From Eledone cirrhosa (lineage: Eukaryota), in NCBI GenBank assembly GCA_964016885.1, contig OZ024743.1:179800001-179864000 (forward strand): a stretch of 64,000 nt of DNA, given 5' to 3'. Positions 14,534 through 28,584 of this stretch are shown piece by piece. Made by a program: the position numbers and the translations under genes. The first letter of the stretch is position 1, and each line of letters begins with the position of its first letter. A model generated the notes under the pieces. That model did not search any database, was not told the DNA's origin, and was given only the letters and a program-made list of their open reading frames with translations.

Positions 14534-14576
14534 GTCAAAGTTCTTTCGGCACACATTATGTGACCTCTTCAGTGAC
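14534..14576 (-). ncRNA. Minimal type I hammerhead ribozyme motif in a Penelope-like pLTR fragment (14323-14645)
   Basis: GTCA-CTGAAGA-GGTCACATAATGTGTGCC-GAAA-GAAC-TT-TGAC: stem I, canonical core, stem II, GAAA, NUH site. Confidence 0.7.
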
Positions 14577-14642
14577 TGGGGATTCTCTTCTTTGTTTTGT
14601 GCCTCTCCTTTGTTCTGTCCTACGCCATCTTGTTTATGTGTG

Positions 14643-14711
<69 letters not shown>

Positions 14712-14718
<7 letters not shown>

Positions 14719-15243
14719 TGCCCCCTCGTTATCGAGTATGGGCCTTGCACGATATACCATTATTAATAATTATTAATTAATTCTATCGTGCAATGCTTGT
14801 GCCTGAAGATATTTGTTAAAGTGAGGAAAGCTGTGCACTGAGCCAATCCCACTCTCTGATCGACAGTAGCTACAACTCGAAAAGAAGAAAAGAACAACAT
14901 CATCGATAACTACTGAGCCGTAGGTTTTATATCGGAGTTATCGCAGTTCCCTGAGTTCCCTTCTACTAGCAAAATGCCCTTACAAAGACTAGGAGGTCCT
15001 TCACTCCCAGTGGTTTAACCGCGCGGTACATGTCTATTTACACACTTTCGGATGGCCATTGACTCTTATGAGTTCTTCCGCCATTTGACAGGTTTTATTT
15101 CTTGACCTGCAGGGTGTCCAAAATCAGTCTCCTCACCAAGTAAACTTGGTTTGTTACTGGTTTTGTCGCCAACGACCCTTCCATGCGACAGGTTGTACTG
15201 GGTTACATGTTACCAGTAGCACTCAAGAATGACCCGACATAGA
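14712..15243 (-). mobile_element. Full-length non-autonomous element, family X2
   Basis: Homologous at both ends to X1 at 28990-29602 and to 1042-1399. No ORF. Confidence 0.75.
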
Positions 15244-15255
15244 CATACGTGTATG

Positions 15256-15326
<71 letters not shown>

Positions 15327-15530
15327 ATACTTGGGGAGGGTCATATTTGCGTAATATTGCCAGAATTAATAACAGAACACACTCACTGTTTGGTTGGTTT
15401 TCGCTTCTCGCTGTCTTTTATATCTGCGATCTAACTTACTCGGTCCTCAATGTTGCCATTGACTGACCGACGGTCAAAAATAATACAGATACAATATAGA
15501 CACAAACACATATATATAGTTTACATAATT

Positions 15531-15572
15531 TACATAAATCTTTCGTTGCACATCTGCAACATCGTCAGTGGT
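15531..15572 (-). ncRNA. Hammerhead ribozyme motif of the Penelope pLTR (stem I decayed)
   Basis: CTGACGA-T-GTTGCA-GATG-TGCAAC-GAAA-GATT-TA. Other copies lie near 13810-13850 and at 48965-49006. Confidence 0.65.
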
Positions 15573-15836
15573 GTTATATTTTTTCCTCCTGTTGTGTTGT
15601 ATGTCTACGCCATTTTTTTTATTCAGTCTGTCTATATATTTATTTATTTATTTGCTTGTTTGTTTATTTTATTTTATTTTGTCTTCTTTGCGCATGCGCT
15701 AGCGTGTGTGCTGTGTGACTAGTGTGTATAGTGTTGTGTCTGCTGGGTGACTAGTGTGTGTTTATGTGCTTGTTGTTATTGTGCTTGTGTATGTATTTAT
15801 TTATCTTATTTTATTTTATTTTATTTATTTACTTAT

Positions 15837-17432
15837 TTATACTTCTCTTAGGTCAGTGTTGTTTGTTTGGGTGTTGTTGTTGTTCCACTCATTCTTTCTG
15901 TTTAGCTTTGGTCTTCTAATTTCTATTTCACTCGCCTCTCTGATTTGCCTATCCGCTGGGTCATTCCTATGTTTAGATATTATTCTAATTTCTATGTTGT
16001 CTATGTTACCGTCATGTTGTTGTCTAGCATGTTCGTATAGTACTGACCCGTTTTTTCGTCCTTTTAGTTCCCCCCAGTGTTGGTCTATCCTTTCACCTAT
16101 GCTACGAGCTGTCTCACCTATGTATGTTGTTGTCATGTTTCTGCAAGTACCCTCTGTACATCTTATGCTATAGACTACGTTTCTAGTTTTACAGTTTATC
16201 CGGGGGTTCACCTTACATATGATACATTTCCTATTGGTACAGTGGGTTTTCTTAAAAGGGTAGGTTTTGCTGATCAGGGATTTTATGGTGGTTCCTGGCT
16301 TTTCTACCACCTTTATTTTTAAGTGGGTCTTTCTCAGGGCCTTTCTACACTGGTTAGCTAATTTCCCTCCAGGGGTGGCGTCCACAAACATGACACTCTG
16401 ATATCTCTGGTTGTCGTACCATGATGTGGCCTTCCCTATCTTATGTCTAGCCCTATCTAAGCTATTCTATGATTTGCTCCTGTATAGTGGGCAAATTCCT
16501 TTCATGTCCAGTTCTAGGAGGGTCTTATACTTTTCCATGGCTCCTTCGTATACTCTGACTCTGTCTCTTTGGTTGTAGCCAGAGAACTGCATGCGGTTGA
16601 TGAAGTGTTGGATGTGTCTTTCCATTTCTGTTGGGTCGCACATGCTGGACACATTCTTCATCACTCGTACCAAATCTGCGATCAGAATATTAAACTTAGC
16701 ACTACTGGACATTGCTGAGTTTTTGAGTATCAGGTATTTGGAGGCCATGGGTTTAGCATAGTGTGAGTGGAGAATTTGGGCTCTCTCGTCTATAGTGTTA
16801 ATCCAGAGTTCTGTGTCTAATACAGGTAGTATATTGTTAGGGTGTTTGGAAGTGAAGTCGATAGTTACAGTTATACTCTGGTGTATGGAATTAGCTATCT
16901 GCTGGATGCTTTCCATCGTGCTACGTTCTAAATCAATCTTGTTAGTGCTCTCTAGTGGGGGTGTTCTTATAACTATATTGATATCGTCTACATAACGAGA
17001 GTACATGATGAGGTCTATGGAGCTTTCATTAAGGAGATCTTTAAGTCTCCTTTCCCACCATACCATGAAAAGGTTGGCAACATCACCAGCTATGCTGACG
17101 CCGATGGCTGCTCCCTCATTTTGGGTGTAGATTTTCTCATTGAACTTAAATATGTGGCCCTTTAGGGTAGTTTTGATACTAGCCCCTATTGCATGTGCGA
17201 CCATTTTTCTTACCTGATCAGTGTTTTGGGGAGTGCGTATAGCTTTGGTCCACCCAATCCACCTTCCTAAGGGAGTCTTTTTTGCCATTGAGGTTATGGT
17301 GGGGGGTCTACCTCTTATAGGTCTACTAAGGCAGAAACATCTAAGGTCATGGCTGTCTAGGTAGTCAGTGTCGTAGGTAAGTCTAAGTAGGAGGCCCAGT
17401 TCGTCTGTGTCGACGTCGCAGAACTCCACCAC
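15837..17432 (-). pseudogene. Penelope-like RT / Cys-rich linker / GIY-YIG endonuclease ORF with one in-frame stop
   Basis: GAAIG, YSRYVDD and LPVLD (RT), then CxxxxCxxC linker, VVYSIRC..YIGETAR..R...H and REASEI....P.LN. The two ORFs are in the same frame, separated only by TAG at 16467-16469. Confidence 0.9.
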
Positions 17433-17460
17433 AAACTAATTCATCGCCGCTATATATATG

Positions 17461-17491
<31 letters not shown>

Positions 17492-17532
17492 ATGTATATA
17501 TTTACATATATATATATATACATACACGTATG

Positions 17533-17600
17533 TCTATGTCGGGTCACTCTTGAGTGCTACTGGTAACATGTAACCCAGTACAACCTGTCGCATGGTCGGG
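17533..17600 (+). mobile_element. 5' end fragment of family X2
   Basis: Near-exact reverse complement of 15157-15245. Confidence 0.7.
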
Positions 17601-17618
17601 TCGTTGGCGACAAAACCA

Positions 17619-17769
<151 letters not shown>

Positions 17770-17774
17770 CATAC

Positions 17775-17816
<42 letters not shown>

Positions 17817-17838
17817 ATACATATATATATATATATAT

Positions 17839-17871
<33 letters not shown>

Positions 17872-17876
17872 CATAC

Positions 17877-17923
<47 letters not shown>

Positions 17924-17949
17924 CATATATATATATATACATATATATA

Positions 17950-18406
17950 TGGTGGCTGCCAACTCGCTTTCGAGTACGGCCACTACTTTATATCCATGTA
18001 GGAGAACCCCTACCGATGCGCTGAACGAGTGTGACTTTTTAGTCCAGCCAGCGACTTGAAAACTCTGGTACAAACACTACACTTGTGACAATTACTGACA
18101 CATAGTGCTGGGCCCATGGTACCATGTGACGACAAGTGCAGAGAGATCTCCAGATATAAAGCAATGCCTGTGCCGTGAAGCTTTTATAGTGAGCAAAGGC
18201 ACTGCACAAAGCCAGTCCCACTCTCTTAACCAAGATGATATTTACCAAAAAGAAGAACAAGTCAACATCATTGGATACCATCAGGGTTGCAGGTGTTATA
18301 TCAGAGTTTTCCTTCTCCTAGAATTCTGCCTTGACAAAGGCTAAGGGGTCATCTCTCCCGGTGATTTTGGATGGCCATTGACTCTTAAGAGCTCCTTTGC
18401 CCTTTG
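17950..18406 (-). mobile_element. 5'-truncated family X1 element
   Basis: Near-identical to 28990-29447. Confidence 0.8.
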
Positions 18407-18416
18407 ATATATATAC

Positions 18417-18475
<59 letters not shown>

Positions 18476-18806
18476 CATACATATATATATATGTAAGTAT
18501 GCATGTATATGAACAAAAAGGTGACGTGGTTGCCTTAACACCGTATGGCATAAATTCAGGCTGTTCAGTTTGTTTACATACGAACAAAGCGACGTTATAA
18601 TAGGCGCCGCTAAACTGATACGTGCATATATGTATGTGTACCTGTATGCATATGTATGTATATATGTATATATATATATATGTGTGCATGCTACTGTACG
18701 TCTGTATACATATATGTATCTACGTATACATGCATACTTACATTTAAGTAAGTGCCATACTAAGAGTGAGAAATGAAATTTCGTTTTCATTTTATTTCAA
18801 TTTATC

Positions 18807-18879
<73 letters not shown>

Positions 18880-19138
18880 CATATATATATACATACGTAT
18901 ATATATATATATACATACGTATATATATATATACATACGTATATATATATATATATACATACGTATATATATATATATACATACGTATATATATATATAT
19001 ATACATACGTATATATATATATATACATACATATATATATATATATATACATACGTATATATATATATATACATACATATATATATATATATACATACAT
19101 ATATATATATATATATACATACATATATATATATATAT

Positions 19139-19177
<39 letters not shown>

Positions 19178-19361
19178 TATATACATACATATATACATAC
19201 ATATATACATACATATATACATACATATATATATACATACATATATATATATATATATATACATATATATACATACATATATATACATAAATATATATAT
19301 GTATACATATATATATACATACACATATATATGTATACATATATATATATATATACATACA

Positions 19362-19399
<38 letters not shown>

Positions 19400-19460
19400 C
19401 ATATATATATATATACATACATATATATACATACACATATATACATATATTTATACATAC

Positions 19461-19496
<36 letters not shown>

Positions 19497-19519
19497 TATA
19501 TACATATATATATACATAC
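18807..19519. repeat. Compound (TA)n/(TACA)n microsatellite, about 700 bp
   Basis: Directly visible. Similar long tracts at 17600-17950, 43447-43970, 47690-47950 and 50866-51160. Confidence 0.95.
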
Positions 19520-19539
19520 TTGACTGTCACCATAGAATA

Positions 19540-19578
19540 TGAACCTGAAGATTGCGAAAGCATGAAAGTACTTGTTCA
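19540..19578 (+). ncRNA. Minimal type I hammerhead ribozyme motif
   Basis: TGAAC-CTGAAGA-TTGC(GAAA)GCAT-GAAA-GTAC-TT-GTTCA: 5-bp stem I, canonical core, GNRA-capped stem II, palindromic GTAC loop III. Confidence 0.8.
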
Positions 19579-20054
19579 ATGAAAACTTAACGTTTAATAT
19601 TCTACCATACTATTTCATTATAATACTATTATAAATTTTAAAGGATTGTAAATAAAACGAGTAAATCAGACAAAGTTGGAATTCCTTTTATTAATATATA
19701 TATATATATAAGCAATGAGTTATTTACTTCAAATGGAACTCAAAACATTAAGTTCTAGTTTCAATATGTCACTCTCTGTAAAACAACTTTTGTATTTTAT
19801 CTGATGGGAGCGTACCCTTGAAATATATATGTTCAAATAAATATGGTTTATAAAGATAGTTCCCATTTATTAATATTATTGATATATATATATATATATA
19901 TATAAACGTTTGTATATGTGTAATAAAGCCAAAACAATGCAGGTATGGATATAGAATAAAGAATGCAAATGCAAAAGATATTGATTTTTTTTAGTCTCAG
20001 AATATCCCGTTAAGGGTGAAAGCAGCGATTCTTCGCTTAAACTTTAATCTGTTA

Positions 20055-20136
<82 letters not shown>

Positions 20137-20550
20137 TATATTCGAGTACAGATATTTTTGCATACACAATAACAAAATATAAACAAACGTATTTATTTCA
20201 CGAGGCTCGACACCAGCAAACACATTATCTAAAAAGGGAAGGAACGCAATTAAATGCTTTTGAAAAATCTTATTGGAAAATTATTTGCCTATTCACCGAA
20301 GGCGACTTCACCTTTTATTAGGACTTCTGCATCAATTGGTGAACATACGACGAAACTGTTTCAGGAAGGAGGATAAACATGCCAATCTATCTTTAGAATC
20401 CTGAGCAATGCTGGGCCATTCTGCTAGTATATATTAAAATAGCAGATTAAAGCTTAAGCAAGAATCGCTGCTTTCACACTTAACGGGTTCTTCTGAAAGT
20501 AAAAAAATCAATCTGTGAAAGCAGAAGTAAATATTTCGAAAAACGTTACA

Positions 20551-20604
<54 letters not shown>

Positions 20605-20610
<6 letters not shown>

Positions 20611-21328
20611 ATAAAAAGATGAAATCGAAAATGCAACTGGAGTCTTATTTTTAAAAAAATATATATATTTATTTGGTTCCTTTACCGGTTTCGCAGCTCT
20701 TCTGCATTTCAAAAGTAGAGTTGAGATGGAGGGTCTGTGGTTTTTCTCACATCCGGTTGGTCTCTGAATGTTACTTGTTTTATATGGAAAAAAGTGGCTC
20801 GAAATGCCAGGTTTTTAGAGAAGTAATTTGATTGGTTGGTCAATAATTATAATAAATTTCGCGCCAGTTCGCGTTACAAAGTTCTTCTTTTTACTTAAAA
20901 AAAGGGGCTCACGAAGGCTTTTTTAAATAAACGTAATTTGATTGGTTATTTAATGAAATTATAGCTGTCACGAACTAAATGAAATTATGGCTGCCAGCGA
21001 ACCAACCATATTCACTGAACCAGAACAATTCTTCCATCCAATTACTCTTGACCATTATCTTTTGCTTGTCATAAAATTCTCTAAAAAGGCTACAGAATAG
21101 ATTTCCAAATAAGGGCGCGAAAATTTAATGAAAACTTGTTCACGTCACAGCCATAATTTCATTTATAACCAATCAAATTACGTTTATTAAAAACAAGCCT
21201 TTGTGAGCCCCCCTTTTTTTAAGTAAAAAGAAATTCAAACACTCATATAAGAAAAAACAACCTGTGCCCCCCCCCCTTTGTTTGAAGAACTTTGTAACGC
21301 GAACTGGCGCGAAATTTATTATAATTAT
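20605..21328 (-). mobile_element. Penelope-like pLTR fragment with a hammerhead variant (20679-20716) and inverted arms (about 20843-21000 / 21150-21328)
   Basis: 20605-20750 matches 35727-35875. ataattataataaatttcgcgccagttcgcgttacaaagttcttc recurs inverted at 21284-21328. Confidence 0.65.
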
Positions 21329-21379
21329 CAATATCTATGTATCTATCTAAAAAGAAAGACTAAGAATTATAGAGAGAGA

Positions 21380-21558
21380 TCGCTAAATCGCCTAATGCAG
21401 TCCCTAGGGCATTGAAAATTTGAAATTTTGTTTGCTCAAAATACTCACAGGACCATAAGTATTACATGTGTAAAGTTTGAAAACAATCGGTTGGAGGGTT
21501 CTCGAGTTTCAAGGAGTCAGACAGACAGACAGACATTCTCTGTTTTAAATACATAGAT
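21380..21558 (+). mobile_element. Helentron/HINE (DINE-1-like) non-autonomous element end
   Basis: AAGTTTGAAAACAATCGGTTG..GTTCTCGAG..(ACAG)n..CATTCTCTGTTTTA..ATAGAT, shared with 38300-38459. Confidence 0.55.
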
Positions 21559-21659
21559 AGGGGCAGTGGAACTGGTGCGTCATGTACTCTCCCAACCCCG
21601 ATAATTATATTTTTCTCCCAAAACTACCAAAAGACACATCTGTTTGTATATGAGCTACA

Positions 21660-22410
21660 ATTTATGTACTTGTTATATAGAACTAGATGGGAGAGATAGA
21701 TATAGGTATAGAGAGGAGCAGAGTTTGGTGGTAATTGATATAAAGAGGAAGGTTGGGAGAATGTGTTGTATATTAGATATAGAGAGGGGGAGAGATTGAT
21801 GGTAATTGATACAGAGAGGGGCATTGGAAGAGAGTACTGAGGGGAAATGGAAGAGAGTTCCGTGTAGTAGATATAGAGAGGGGTAGACTTTGGCATTAAT
21901 TGATATAGAAAGGGACATTGAGAGTGCATGTTGTATCGTTGATGTAGAGAGTTAAAAGATTTGTAGAGAGAGGTATTGTTAGATATTGAGAGGCGGAGAG
22001 TTTATTGGAAATCGATATGGTGAGTGGGGTTGGGAGAGTGGGTTGTATATTAAATATAGAAAGGGGGCGAGAATGATGTTTATTGATATAGAGAGGGATA
22101 TTAGAAGAGAGTTCCATGTAGTAGATATACAGGGGAGGAGAGTTAGATGTTAATTAATGTAGAGAGGGAGATTGGAAGAGAGTACCGTGAAGTAGATATA
22201 GGGTGGAGGAGATTTTGGTATAAATTGATATACGGAGAGAGGATTGGAAGGGAGTTCCGTTAGTAGCTATAGAGAGGGGGAGAGTTTGGTGTAAATAGAT
22301 AGAGAGAGAAGGATAGGAAGAGAATTCCGTGCAGTAGATATAGAGAAGGGGAGAGTTTGGTGTTAATTGATATAGAGAGGGGGATTGGAAGAGAGTACGT
22401 GTAGTAGATA
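21660..22410. repeat. Degenerate GA-rich minisatellite, about 70-bp period
   Basis: Recurring gtagtagatatagagagggggagagtttggt..aattgatatagagagg..attggaagagagttcc. Confidence 0.8.
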
Positions 22411-22858
22411 TAGCAAGTATTATCGAACCTTAAACGGCAAATTGGCAGAGTGGTTACCAAATCCCACCGAGATCGATCTTTTCGTGGTCGATAAAAAGGT
22501 ACCAGTGTAATACTAGGGCTAATTCATCCTCTATATCTCATTCTAACTTTCTCTCTACCTCACTCATTCTTTCTCTGGGGAAAATCCCCCTGGAGAAGGA
22601 TGAGGTTTGTTATGTTTAAATTCCTCAACGGTATATTTCACTACGGCACACATACGACTCCACTAGGAGATATGGATCCATTCGTACATTATATATAAAT
22701 GAATGAAAAGAAGAAGCTACATTTATGAGACTCATCTGAAACGATCTGACGGCGGCATATGTCAGCTTGCAGTTTAAGTCCTTTAATACTAAAGTACAAT
22801 TTTTATATTTGCTGAAGCCAGAAAGCCAGGCACATGTACGCACAGAATTCCGCATTGT

Positions 22859-22909
<51 letters not shown>

Positions 22910-22955
22910 GTGTAACAACTGCTATAGGCAACGCAGTTTGAAGCACTCACTGCTG

Positions 22956-22991
<36 letters not shown>

Positions 22992-23515
22992 GTTGTATAA
23001 ATAAGTAGAGAGGGAGAGAGAACGACCATTATAATCAAAAATATATGTGTGTATCTATTTACTTTCACAAGAGTAGTATTTCTCCATGGCTGTGCCTGTT
23101 ATTGATACTATGTGTATATGTGAAGTTAGCTTTTGAAGACTTATTGAAATATATTACTTTATTATAGATTTCTTCTTCTTCTTCTTCTTCTTCTTCTTCT
23201 TCTTCCTCCCCCCCCCCCCTTCTCTTCCTCCTCATTACCATCATCACCATCGTTATCATTATCATCTTCTTTATATTCTTTCAAATACATTTTCTTATAT
23301 TCCTTCCACTAATATTTTTCCCACTTCTCCTTGTCTTCTTTTCCTCATTTCTTTTGCCTATTCTCAAATAACCTTTTCCTTCAGGTTAACTTTATCAACC
23401 ATATATCTCAACCTTTCTATAAGAAATACTTCACATCAAAGAAGACCTTTCTGTTTTTGTTTTTTTTTTTGTTACTGTTATTTTTTCCTCTTCTTTTAAT
23501 TTTTTGTTGTTGTAT

Positions 23516-23546
<31 letters not shown>

Positions 23547-24121
23547 TTTTTTAGATTAAATAAGAAATGCACTTGAAGCGTACATTTTTCTGGAGTTTGC
23601 TCGAGAAAGTAAATGGAAATACACGCTGAAATAATTTTCAACGCAACATTGGTAAATATATCGTGTAAAATCTGAAGAAAATTGAATGAAATTTTGTTTC
23701 AGAACATTTTTCAATTAATTCAGGCCCCTTGTTGGGAATGATTTCTCTTGACTTTGTCTGAACCATCTACAGAAATATTCCACAAGGACACTTCACCGGG
23801 TCTACCTTGTTTACTTGTATTCAAATTTATATAAACCAAGCCGGTATACATATAACACTTTAAACGTGAAATGACGTAAAGCAGGCAAGGTTGTTTTTTT
23901 ATAATTTATATGTTTTCTTATTAGGCATTATTTGTTTAAATTTGAGACAGAAAAGGCCAAGAAGTCAACCGGTTTAAAGACTCATTTTTCACCTCTAGCC
24001 TTGTTGCTTCGGTGTCAAACCCGGACTCTGTGATCGCAATTCAGAGGAGAGGAAGATAGTTAAATACTGGCGGATGTTTAGATGGCTGGTGGCCACCTGA
24101 TTGTTAGATATTAGATTCACT

Positions 24122-24303
24122 GGCGGTGGATTGGCAGTATCGATAGAGGGTCAGACGCTATATTTGCAGCATAGAGTTACGGCCCTTTATGGTCTGAGTT
24201 CAACTCGCGTCGAGGTTAATTTTGCTTTTCATCCTTACGGTGTTGATAAAATAAAGTACCAGTAATGCACTGAAATAATTGCTGGCCTTGTGCCAAAAGT
24301 AGA
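24122..24303 (+). mobile_element. Full-length SINE S1
   Basis: A-box-like TGGCAGTATCGA, B-box-like GAGTTCAACTC, core and GGCCTTGTGCCAAAAGTAGA tail. Confidence 0.75.
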
Positions 24304-24589
24304 TACTGAGCCGTAGATTATTGAAAAACATTTTTGTACTATTCCTTGAAATTGAGTTAACATTCACCACACTCCTAGATATCGACATGTTCTGTAGGGT
24401 ATGAATTAGGGAGCTTCTTTTACTCTGCGCCAATTCAAATATCTGGTGAGAATCCGTTGCGTTCTAATTTCATAGACGCAACCTTCAAAGAGAGATATTG
24501 GTACGCCATGCCAGACTTTGAGCATGTTTTATTCTCCATGTGGTGTGCGATTTCCGTGCCTAGCGCACAAATGTATGTATATATGTGTG

Positions 24590-24638
<49 letters not shown>

Positions 24639-24671
24639 ATGTATGTATGTATGTATGTATATATATGTGTG

Positions 24672-24702
<31 letters not shown>

Positions 24703-25591
24703 CATAACTCATGTCTATAGAATTAATCAGATATTAAAATATATACTATTTCTTCTTCTAATCAGCATAGTTAACCATATACATAATCAAATCTAGCAAG
24801 CTTTAAGAATAAATTTTCTAACGGGGAAATCTCCGACAAATAACTGACCGCAGCTAGTTCGCGTTAACTCCGTTCACCATTTATCAAACATTTCGGCAGC
24901 ATGCAGAATCCGATCAAATACACCGTCAACCGCACGTAATTAGTAGTAAAATTAAACTTAGAAGAAATGCGCACATACCGTAATTATATCTCTACCATGG
25001 TTTCTTCCTAGTTTAGGACATCCAAATAATATGGATTTGCTTTTTTGAGTCAGGAATCTTCAGGAGACAAACTCAGAAATAGACATTTAATTTCTCAGAC
25101 AGACCGCGCCAAATTTAGATTCAAAAATGGCTAAGATCGCTATGTAGCTGTATACCAGCCAGAGAGAAAGCGTGTGATTGGTCGCTTACGGCGGGTAGGC
25201 ATGCTGCTAGAAAGCGCAGCCATATATCGCCAAATTTAATCTCAACCGAAAGGGAGATTATTAAATATAGAGGTTATCACATACATAAAATTAAATTAAA
25301 TTAAATCAAGGATACATATATGTGTTGCAACTGTTCACTTTTAAGCTCAATGAAGAATTAATAAATTAAAATCAAAAAATCAGAGCATTATATATATATA
25401 TATATATAGTTAGGGAAGCAGAAAATTGCTTATTGTGATCCAGTTCGTGGTTAAGAAAGCCAGTTTCATGGATGGTTTCAACGTACGGTTAGGGGTATCT
25501 CCACAAGTTTCTAAGAATTCCGTTCAATCTTGGAGTATAAAGTATTAAAGAGAAAACACAGGTAAACATTAAGAGAAGGATTTTATCCAGG

Positions 25592-25693
25592 TATTTACGA
25601 CCGTTTCATTGGAAAGTGCAACCTTATATTGCTATACTGCAAATAGCAGCCACTTAATTATAATTGTTGTTCACAGTCCAAATTTTCAAAATA
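25592..25693 (-). ncRNA. Type I hammerhead motif with U3:A8 core and long stem II
   Basis: TATT-TTGAAAA-TTTGG...CCAAT-GAAA-CGGTCG-TA-AATA. Confidence 0.5.
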
Positions 25694-26228
25694 GTGAGTA
25701 AGTTACTCTTGAAATAGTTCTTAATATATAGAGAAAAAAATTTATTTGGAATTGTATTTACTAGTATAGAGAGAGAGGGATTAGAAGGTGAGGGGACAAA
25801 CGGAATAGTATAGAGAGAGAGGAAGGAGAAAAGTTAGGAAGTAGAGTGACAAACTGAGATGGAGGGAGGAGTAGAGGTGGAAGGAATCTTTGATCAGTTT
25901 TGATATGTAGACTTCATGTCGTGTATGGTAGTGAGTTAAAGAGAATTAAATTGATCATAGTGAGAGGGATGGATAGAGAGAGAGAGGTGGGGGGTAGATA
26001 TAAAGAGATAAATATATATATAAAAAATAAAGATAAAGATAATAATGACAAAAATAAAAGCAAAGAAGGGGGGAGAAAGAAGAAAAGAAAAGATAGCCAA
26101 AAAGGGGAGGGAAGGAAGGAAGAAAACGAAGAAATAGAAGAGGAATGAAGGAGAAGGGAGGGATATAGGTATATATATATATATATATATGTATGTATGA
26201 ATGTATGTATATATATATATGTGATGCG

Positions 26229-26261
<33 letters not shown>

Positions 26262-26272
26262 ATATATGTGTG

Positions 26273-26341
<69 letters not shown>

Positions 26342-26352
26342 ATATATGTGTG

Positions 26353-26421
<69 letters not shown>

Positions 26422-26440
26422 GCATATATGTATGTTATTA

Positions 26441-27223
26441 TCTCTTTCTCTTAATTTCGAGTATATTTTTTTTGACCGGCCACCTTCCTGGTGGCAAGGT
26501 TGTAAAAGAAAAGAAATTGTCATCCCTTGAATCGCAAGAATGTTTTGCAAATTTTGAAGGTGCCAGCTATCGCAGCCATTTGTAGACTATGAATTAGGGA
26601 GCTGCGCTTTTTGTCCGCAAATCCAAGTTCAGTCATACTTTGGTCCAAGCGGGTTGGTATATAACCCGTAGCTCCAATAATGATGGGTATGAAGCTAGAG
26701 GTGTATCTTGGATACTGGATTTGTAAACTCCTCATCAATGGTCCGTAGATGTCCTGCTTCTCCTGTATTTTTCTGACAACATTTACATCAAGTGGGCAGC
26801 TGATCTCCACAACAGAACACGTTTTCAATGTGTGGTCCCAAACAACAATATCAGGCCGGTTGTGCTTTAATTTGGGGGCAGTTTTTATTTTCAGGTTCCA
26901 CCAGTATTCCTTAGTGCCATCTGTCTCAATATATTCTTCCTCGTTTGTTGTTAATTTTGTTTTCCGAAGTGCGTTCCAGATGGTTCTAGCTATCCCATCG
27001 TGTCTCATGGGGAGGTAGTAGCGAGATGACATTCTTTCGCAGCTGGCAACAATGTGGCTTACATCCTCGATCTTTGTTTTACATAGCCTACATTTATTGT
27101 CAGCTGCTGGCCCTCCTCTTTTGTGCAGCAGATATTTGGTAGGGAGTTCTTGTTCCTGTATTGCATAGAGATATCCCTCAAGGTGTGATGTCATAAACTT
27201 GTCGGAACTCCATGCCAGGCTTT
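26441..27223 (-). mobile_element. R4 family B, 5'-truncated copy
   Basis: ORF 26520-27194 is almost identical to the C-terminus at 8831-9589. Flanks are TATG-type repeats. Confidence 0.92.
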
Positions 27224-27597
27224 GTATTTATGTATGTATGTATTTATGTATGTCTGTGTAGGTATGAATGTATATATTTCCGATATAGTCTATATTGTAG
27301 ATGATTCTTCATTAATGCATTTTTTTTCTAATACCATGATCTATCTATGGTAACAATGAAACCACTAAATGGTCTCTCTAAATAATAGAAATAGAAACCA
27401 ATTCTCTCTCAAAACAAACACTACTGTCTTAAAAATCAAGTATTGCATAAGGTCTGTTTCTCTCTGGAGCCTGTTTCTTAAAAACAAGAGTGCAGTGGCT
27501 TTAAATACCGTTGATCATTGGCCTGGTCAAACATGGTTGGTTTTGGGGTTAAACATAAACATCATCAGTGGAGACTGGCTGAAGACTGGCTGAAGAC

Positions 27598-27712
27598 ATG
27601 GATGAAAGGCAAAGTTGACATCGGTGAGATTTGAACTTAGAGAATAAAGAGCAGAATCGAATACCACAAAACATTCTATCTAACGTTCAAATGGCTCAGA
27701 CAATTCGCCGCT
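27598..27712 (-). mobile_element. SINE S1 fragment
   Basis: ggatgaaaggcaaagttgacatcggtgagatttgaac. Confidence 0.55.
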
Positions 27713-28231
27713 TATTAATCGATATATAACTCCAATAAGTAGTTTAGACAATCAATCATTATACAGAAAGTTGCGAATATTCACTGCTAATTAAAGTGAA
27801 ACAGTGGCAATTTAATTTTACACTAATTATTTACGTATAAATTATAATGAAAGCAATTTCTATTTACTAGAGTTTAGCAGTTCTCTATTAATATCTGGTA
27901 GATTATTACTTGCTTTATTTTAACAATTCTACTAAATATTATCTAGCAACAGATTGCAACGTCTGATATTCTCACCATATGTACACATTCGCTTGTTTAA
28001 TATTACCCTTCGTCTAAATGATTTACTGTTTCTCTCTAGAGATGTCTCATATCATATGGAATCAAAGTGCAGAATAGAATATTTGGCTAAATATTTCACT
28101 TTGTGTTGGTTATGTTTACTGAATTCATTTTTTTTTTTCAGCTATATTTTCCCTTGAACAAAACTACAAGAACAAAAACAACAACAACAATATTAACAAT
28201 ATCAATACTACTTAGCATAATAATATAAGTA

Positions 28232-28338
28232 TTAACTTTGCCTTTCATCCTTACGGGGTCGATAAAATAAAGTACAAGTAATACACTGGGTAATTGCTGG
28301 CCTTGTGCCAAAAGTAGAAACAATTATTATTATTATTA
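28232..28338 (+). mobile_element. SINE S1 3' half with (ATT)n tail
   Basis: Core and tail match 49432-49530. Confidence 0.7.
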
Positions 28339-28547
28339 GAAGTAGTAATATTAGTGGTGGTAGTGGTAGTGGTGGTGGTGGTGGCGGCGGTGGTGATAGT
28401 AGTAGTAGTAGTAGTAGTAGTAAATACGAAAAGTTCAGTTATACAACTAGTTAGAAAACAACAACGATATATATGTAACTACTACAGATAGTGTCAATAT
28501 ATTTCAGAAACGCAGTGGGTAACGACGATGACGACGATGACGACGAC

Positions 28548-28584
<37 letters not shown>

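Larger units (their letters stand above)
15321..17450 (-). mobile_element. Penelope-like retroelement (RT + GIY-YIG), 5'-truncated, with 3' pLTR and an inverted 20-bp tail piece at the 5' junction
   Basis: RT and GIY-YIG ORFs, hammerhead motif in the 3' region, (TA)n on both flanks. 17431-17450 equals the family tail in inverted orientation. Confidence 0.92.

Noticed and set aside
24305-24570. Minus-strand KRSSLIHTLQ resembling the family B C-terminus, or a host exon
   Set aside because: Similarity is limited to about ten residues, with stops nearby and no splice evidence.
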